Origin: Candidatus Altarchaeum sp.
Lineage (GTDB): Archaea; Altiarchaeota; Altiarchaeia; Altiarchaeales; Altiarchaeaceae
Direction of reading: 5' to 3'
DNA: 11,778 bases
Assembly (NCBI GenBank): GCA_018260615.1
Contig: JAGWDQ010000030.1
Coordinates: 1-11,778, forward strand
Positions within the stretch are counted from its first letter, which is position 1; each line of letters starts with the position of its first letter. A model generated the notes under the pieces. It did no database searches. It had not been told where the DNA came from and saw nothing but the letters and a program-made list of their open reading frames with translations. Shown here in pieces: positions 7,533 to 11,778 of this stretch. Both the position numbers and the translations under genes were made by a program.

Positions 7533-8464
7533 AAAATAATGACTTTATTAATAAAATAATTACGGGTGATGCTTTAGAAGTGTTAGCAAAAATTGAAGAT
7601 GATTCAATAGATGTTGTTCTAACGGATCCTCCTTATTTTTTGGATAAACTTGATAATAACTGGAAATATGCGGAAGTTCCTGACAAAAAATATTGTATTG
7701 TAGTGAAATCATTACCTCCCGGAATGAAGTTTGACAGGCAACAAGGTATAAATCTTTATAACTGGTTTTTAAATGTGTCTAAGGAATTATATCGGGTCTT
7801 AAAAAAAGGCGGATTTTTCTTCTCTTTCTCAAGTCCCAGATTGTACCATAGGATGGCAAGTGCTGTTGATGATGCCGGCTTTATGGTTAGGGATTGTTTC
7901 GTATGGATTTACACTCAAAACCAGCCAAAAGCAATGGGTCTGAATCATTTTATAGATAAGTTGGATATTGGCAAATTTGCAAAAGAAGAATTAAAGAAAA
8001 AACTTTCCGGCTGGAAAACACCGCAAATTAAGTCATGTTTTGAGCCGATTATTGTGGCTCAAAAGCCCCCGGACAAAACATTCCTGGAAAATATAATGAA
8101 CAACGAAGTTGGACTTTTTAATACAAATATAAAAGTTGGTGACAATATGTATCCTTCAAACATTCTGACAATTGACCATATCAGCGAAATTATGGATAAA
8201 AGTTTTTTAGTGGGAAAACCAACAAAAAAAGAAAGGGGAAATTATAATTTTCATATGACTGTAAAACCCGTAGAGATATGTGAACATCTTATTAAACTTT
8301 CCGCTTTTTCAAAAGATGCTGTAATTTTAGATCCGTTTATTGGAAGCGGAACAACTGCTATTGCTGCAAAAGGTCTGGATAAAAATTTCATCGGAATTGA
8401 AAGCAACCCCGAATATGTAAAAATTGCTTTAAAACGATTAGATGACATACAAGGTAAATTATAA
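7529..8464 (+). CDS. Beta-class amino (N6-adenine or N4-cytosine) DNA methyltransferase
   Basis: Motif IV DPPY near the N-terminus, H.TVKP, and motif I DPFIGSGTT near the C-terminus give the beta-class order. DPPY favours m6A. Confidence 0.92.
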   Translation: MKNNDFINKIITGDALEVLAKIEDDSIDVVLTDPPYFLDKLDNNWKYAEVPDKKYCIVVKSLPPGMKFDRQQGINLYNWFLNVSKELYRVLKKGGFFFSFSSPRLYHRMASAVDDAGFMVRDCFVWIYTQNQPKAMGLNHFIDKLDIGKFAKEELKKKLSGWKTPQIKSCFEPIIVAQKPPDKTFLENIMNNEVGLFNTNIKVGDNMYPSNILTIDHISEIMDKSFLVGKPTKKERGNYNFHMTVKPVEICEHLIKLSAFSKDAVILDPFIGSGTTAIAAKGLDKNFIGIESNPEYVKIALKRLDDIQGKL

Positions 8465-8940
8465 AATCGGATTTGGTATTGAGGGATATTGCTCTTTTTA
8501 AAAAATTTGAAAATTTAAGAGTTGGATTGACAATAAACGGATTTAGTGGAAAATCAAAAGAATTATTTGAACCGAACTCGCCGGGCAACGAGGCGCGACT
8601 GCACGCTTTAAAAATTTTGAATGAAAACGGAATTAAGACATACGGATTCATAAGTCCGGTTATTCCAGGTCTGATTGATTTGGAAAATTTAATTGAAAAT
8701 TCAAGAAATTTCGTAGATTATTACATTGTTGAACTGCTGAATTTAAATGCTGCGGGATATGAATTTAAAAAATTGTTGATGGGAAATTATCCGGAAAGTT
8801 ATGAAATTATGACAAACAAAGAGCGGTATGAAAAATTTATAAAAGAGGTAAAGGAAATTTTAATTAAGAAAGGGGTTAAGGTTTTGCAGTTAGTTACTCA
8901 TTTTCCAAAATTTGAGTGCGTTAATTTAAATCAAAACTAA
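8464..8940 (+). pseudogene. 5'-truncated SplB-like (COG1533-type) radical SAM gene, C-terminal half only
   Basis: KSDLVLRD...VGLTI...FEPNSP...RLHAL..L.ENGIKTYGFISPVIPG is the family C-terminal pattern. The CxxxCxxC-containing N-terminal half is absent; there is an in-frame stop at 8455-8457 and homology begins at the MTase stop. Confidence 0.85.
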
Positions 8941-8952
8941 AAAATAATATGG
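8828..8952 (+). repeat. Repeat D: radical SAM 3' end in its longest native context, 'short tail'
   Basis: Source-like copy of the 3' half of repeats A, B, C and E. 8850-8946 matches 9540-9636 with 5 mismatches. Confidence 0.95.
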
Positions 8953-8965
8953 AGGATAAAAAAAT

Positions 8966-9436
8966 ATGAATCTAAATATTATAGGTGTAAAGAAGGGCCA
9001 TGTAATGTCCTCGGCAATTATGGCGATTACGGGTCTTATCATCGGATTATTAACAATGCCCGCTGAGGCAACAGTATTGTTAAAAACATTGGATGGGATG
9101 GCTTTTCCTGTTTTAGAAGTTATGAATGTTTTTCTAATAGATTTTCCAATGTCTATACTTGCGGCCGTCCTCTTTACACTTATGAATAAAAATGCGAAAA
9201 TTAAGGACGGTATAATATGTGGATTCTTATTTCTCATAATCATAATTTTTCTCATATTTTCTGTAGGAGTATTCACAGGAATGGCAGAACCTATAGCAGA
9301 TACTGCAATAAAATCAAGCCATCTTTTTGGTTTTGCATTTCCGATATTCTGTTTGATATTTTTACTGTTTGACTTTGGAGTTTGTGTATTGGGGGGAATC
9401 TTAGGCATTACCATTATGAGAGAGATGAAAAAATGA
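8966..9436 (+). CDS. Integral membrane protein, about 4 TM helices
   Basis: 156 aa with four hydrophobic segments; ggagg at 8951-8955 is a possible ribosome-binding site. No family recognised. Confidence 0.8.
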   Translation: MNLNIIGVKKGHVMSSAIMAITGLIIGLLTMPAEATVLLKTLDGMAFPVLEVMNVFLIDFPMSILAAVLFTLMNKNAKIKDGIICGFLFLIIIIFLIFSVGVFTGMAEPIADTAIKSSHLFGFAFPIFCLIFLLFDFGVCVLGGILGITIMREMKK

Positions 9437-9453
9437 TATAAGATTTAAAATTT

Positions 9454-9642
9454 TAAACAATTATGGACATAACCGAAACCCTCTATGTAAAATCAGGAGT
9501 GGAATGGCGAAAGTGGCTGGAGAAAAATCACAAAAACAAAAAGGAAATTTTAATTAAGAAAGGGGTTAAGGTTTTGCAGTTTGTGACGCATTATCCGAAA
9601 TTTGAGTGCGTTAATTTAAATCAAAACTAAAAAATATTATGG
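9454..9642 (+). repeat. Repeat E: long YdeI-5' / radical SAM-3' chimera with 'short tail'
   Basis: 167/168 nt identical to repeat C up to gttaatttaaat, then caaaactaaaaaata as in repeat D. Confidence 0.97.
9463..9630 (+). pseudogene. 55-aa in-frame chimeric mini-ORF (not in the ORF track)
   Basis: MDITETLYVKSGVEWRKWLEKNHKNKKEILIKKGVKVLQFVTHYPKFECVNLNQN*. Confidence 0.8.
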
Positions 9643-10040
9643 AAAATAAAAAAATCGGAATCGGAATAATCGTTGTATTTGTATTTAGTGTTTTTGCACT
9701 ATGTGTTTTTTTTAATAGTTGGGTAGCATCACATTCTAAAGCATTGCTTGTTGTGGCTCTGCTTGTACTTTCCCTTCTTCTTTTATTATTGTTGTTTAAA
9801 GGAAAGCGAAAAACTTTATCAAAAGAAGAACAGGCAAAAAGACTCAAATTTAGTGGTATTTTCTGGGTTGGCTTTGGCATAATATACCTAACATTGCCCT
9901 TTGTTTTCGGAGAAGAAATTCGTTTATTCAATTATGTAATGGCGGCGGCATCTATTAGTATGGGGGTCGCTCATTTGTGGCAGAGTCACAAATTAAAAAA
10001 CGAAAATAATAAAACAAGTGAGGAGGTGAAACAAAAATGA
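9639..10040 (+). CDS. Small integral membrane protein, about 4 TM helices; distant homologue of 6127-6531
   Basis: MENKKIGIGI...KRKTLSKEEQAK versus METKTKNLIGIGI...KRQTPISKEKQAK; similar length (133 vs 134 aa) and hydropathy. Confidence 0.8.
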   Translation: MENKKIGIGIIVVFVFSVFALCVFFNSWVASHSKALLVVALLVLSLLLLLLLFKGKRKTLSKEEQAKRLKFSGIFWVGFGIIYLTLPFVFGEEIRLFNYVMAAASISMGVAHLWQSHKLKNENNKTSEEVKQK

Positions 10041-10987
10041 CAGACCTAAACTCACTCGGACTTTTAATCCCGGTTTTTGCGGGAATTTTAGTATCATTTA
10101 CCCCGTGCGTAGCCGTGCTTTTCCCGATAACTTTTTATAGGTTTATGTCTGATGCGGGAACGGATTACAAAGCATATTTCTTATATGCCCTCGGCTTCCT
10201 TTTCACATTCACAATCGCGGGTTTCTTATTTCAGCAACTCTTTGAATCAAGCATACAAAACGGAATAAAACTTACAATAGCCATTGCGCTTATTATGCTC
10301 GGCACGCTGCAATTTTTCAATCGCGTAAATCCATTGAATCTGCCCGTAATAAAAAACACATTTGTTTTCGGTGCGATTTTTGCCGTAGCGATCGGAATAA
10401 ACCCATGTGCCGTGCCGTTTACGGGTCAGGTATTTGCATTGTCATCGGGCGGCGAAATTTTTATAAATCTATTCCTATTTGGCATCGGAATTTTAATCGC
10501 GCCGACACTGCTTTTAATTTTCGGAAACGAATTAATCTCGCACAGCAGAAAAATAACCGAAAAAATGCACTACATTGATAAACCGATCAGCGTCTTACTT
10601 GCGGCGTCGGGAATTTATATGGGGCTTCACATTTTAGAACTCACACAACTTGATTTAATATTATCCTCAATTTTAATTTTAATTTTATTGCTTGTTATCC
10701 TGAAAATATTTTTTATAGGAAATTCAATTAAAAATTTGTTAACGCTCCCGCGAATCCTGCTCGTCGCATCCGTTTTTGTAATGTGGTTCGTAATTACTTA
10801 TCACTGCTACGGGATGGTGTCGCCGGGAGGGGATGAGGCGGTGTGTTCAATGACATGTTTCGTGTGTCAGCGATGCTTGGTGTTGTTTGGCGTGTCGGTT
10901 ATTTTAGGGGTTGCGGGGTCGCTGTTGCTGGGGTGGTATGAAAATAAAAATAATAAAAATAATAATTCAAAGCAAAAACAATTATGA
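10037..10987 (+). CDS. ccdA: CcdA/DsbD-like transmembrane thiol-disulfide protein with a C-terminal extension
   Basis: Two Pro-Cys catalytic motifs, SFTPCV..LFP and INPCAVP, in a multi-TM protein. Assignment is family-level. Confidence 0.75.
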   Translation: MTDLNSLGLLIPVFAGILVSFTPCVAVLFPITFYRFMSDAGTDYKAYFLYALGFLFTFTIAGFLFQQLFESSIQNGIKLTIAIALIMLGTLQFFNRVNPLNLPVIKNTFVFGAIFAVAIGINPCAVPFTGQVFALSSGGEIFINLFLFGIGILIAPTLLLIFGNELISHSRKITEKMHYIDKPISVLLAASGIYMGLHILELTQLDLILSSILILILLLVILKIFFIGNSIKNLLTLPRILLVASVFVMWFVITYHCYGMVSPGGDEAVCSMTCFVCQRCLVLFGVSVILGVAGSLLLGWYENKNNKNNNSKQKQL

Positions 10988-11071
10988 ACATAACCGAAAC
11001 CCTCTATGTAAAATCAGGAGTGGAATGGCGAAAGTGGCTGGAGAAAAACCACAAAAACAAAAAAGAAATTT
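10974..11071 (+). repeat. Repeat F: 5' end of the intact YdeI-family gene
   Basis: Source-like copy of the 5' half of repeats B, C and E. Confidence 0.95.
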
Positions 11072-11550
11072 GGCTGCTATTTTATAAAAAGCACACTGGC
11101 AAACCCAGAATCTCCGATGAGGATGCGCTTGAAGAAGCATTATGTTACGGCTGGATAGACGGTATTCAGAAACGGATTGACGATGAGAAATTTACCCGAA
11201 GATTCACTCCGAGAAAACCAGCAAGCAAACTGTCGGAAATGAATAAGGAATACATTCGCAAACTCGTCAAAGAAGGCAAAATGACTGCTTTCGGATTCAA
11301 TGCGGTTTCAAAATTTTTTGACAAATCAAAAGACCAGGATGATAAACTAACTATTGCCCCCGATATACTTAAATTGCTGAAAGCAGATGAGCATGCATGG
11401 GAAAATTTCCAAAATTTTTCGGAAAGTTACAAAAGAGTGCGGATTGGCTATATTGAAAATCGCAGGGGTCGTGATGAGATGTTTCAAAAGTCCCTGCTGC
11501 ATTTTATAAAGATGACTGCAAAAAACAAGAAATTCGGAAGAATACAATAA
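10984..11550 (+). CDS. YdeI/OmpD-associated (OmdA, bacteriocin-protection) family protein
   Basis: WRKWLEKNH....IWL.FYKK...ALEEALCYGWIDG...RFTPRK..S..S..N plus a C-terminal A..NF..FS.SYKR..IGYI segment are typical of this family. Confidence 0.92.
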   Translation: MNITETLYVKSGVEWRKWLEKNHKNKKEIWLLFYKKHTGKPRISDEDALEEALCYGWIDGIQKRIDDEKFTRRFTPRKPASKLSEMNKEYIRKLVKEGKMTAFGFNAVSKFFDKSKDQDDKLTIAPDILKLLKADEHAWENFQNFSESYKRVRIGYIENRRGRDEMFQKSLLHFIKMTAKNKKFGRIQ

Positions 11551-11778
11551 GCAAAAATTTACGAAAAATTATAATCAAAAAAGAAAAAATATGCAGGTAT
11601 TTTTAAGTATTTTTAATTATTAATGGAAAAATTTTTCATGTAAAATTTAAAATAATCTTATGACAAACAATAAACAAATCACTATTTTTGAAGGTCAGAA
11701 AATTCGCCGGCGTTGACCTTTATCCCATTAGCACGAAAAAAAAATAAAAAAATGAGGGTCACCCCTATTTGTTTGTCC

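Noticed and set aside
8473-8940. Calling this ORF a complete functional gene as in the ORF track
   Set aside because: It lacks the CxxxCxxC cluster-binding half of the family and begins mid-motif at a TTG; treated as a fragment.
6003-9642. Classical integron attC sites
   Set aside because: I found no RYYYAAC...GTTRRRY inverse core/core pair or long imperfect palindrome in the repeats, and there is no intI in the window.
6537-9642. MITE or IS element as the source of the repeats
   Set aside because: No terminal inverted repeats, target-site duplications or transposase; both halves are fully explained by the two flanking genes.
1138-11071. CRISPR array interpretation of the repeats
   Set aside because: Repeats are 100-260 bp coding fragments separated by whole genes of 0.4-4.6 kb, not 25-45 bp repeats with uniform spacers. 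No cas genes.
6537-11071. Diversity-generating retroelement TR/VR pair
   Set aside because: Differences between copies are not confined to adenines but are biased to third codon positions. No reverse transcriptase is present.
1301-11547. Minus-strand ORFs in the track (1301-1624, 2165-2602, 2296-2643, 2911-3159, 3128-3475, 3229-3555, 3417-3626, 5618-5866, 8251-8448, 8388-8651, 8926-9414, 9611-9931, 11347-11547)
   Set aside because: All lie antisense to better-supported plus-strand genes and show no recognisable motifs; most likely shadow ORFs.

Overview
AT-rich prokaryotic window (host not determinable from the sequence) with one short minus-strand ORF followed by about 11 kb of co-oriented, often ATGA-coupled plus-strand genes. 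Recognisable genes: a DUF4375/DMP19-like protein, a TPR protein, a 631-aa multi-module protein with two DUF3885-like domains, a DUF4304-like protein, three small 4-TM membrane proteins, an HNH restriction endonuclease with a beta-class amino-methyltransferase, a 5'-truncated SplB-like radical SAM gene, a CcdA-like protein and an intact YdeI/OmpD-associated family gene. The main unexplained structure is a family of six dispersed direct repeats (A 1138, B 6003, C 6537, D 8828, E 9454, F 10974) that sit between blocks of unrelated cargo genes. They are made of coding sequence: the 5' end of the YdeI-family gene and/or the 3' end of the radical SAM gene. B, C and E are in-frame head-to-tail chimeras (YdeI start fused to radical SAM end) joined at short microhomologies, at two different crossover points. 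This is the junction expected if the interval between the radical SAM gene and the YdeI-family gene was circularised or tandemly stacked several times, each time with different cargo. No integrase, transposase or attC-like palindrome is visible in the window. The repeats are seen directly; the mechanism is inference, and misassembly needs to be excluded.
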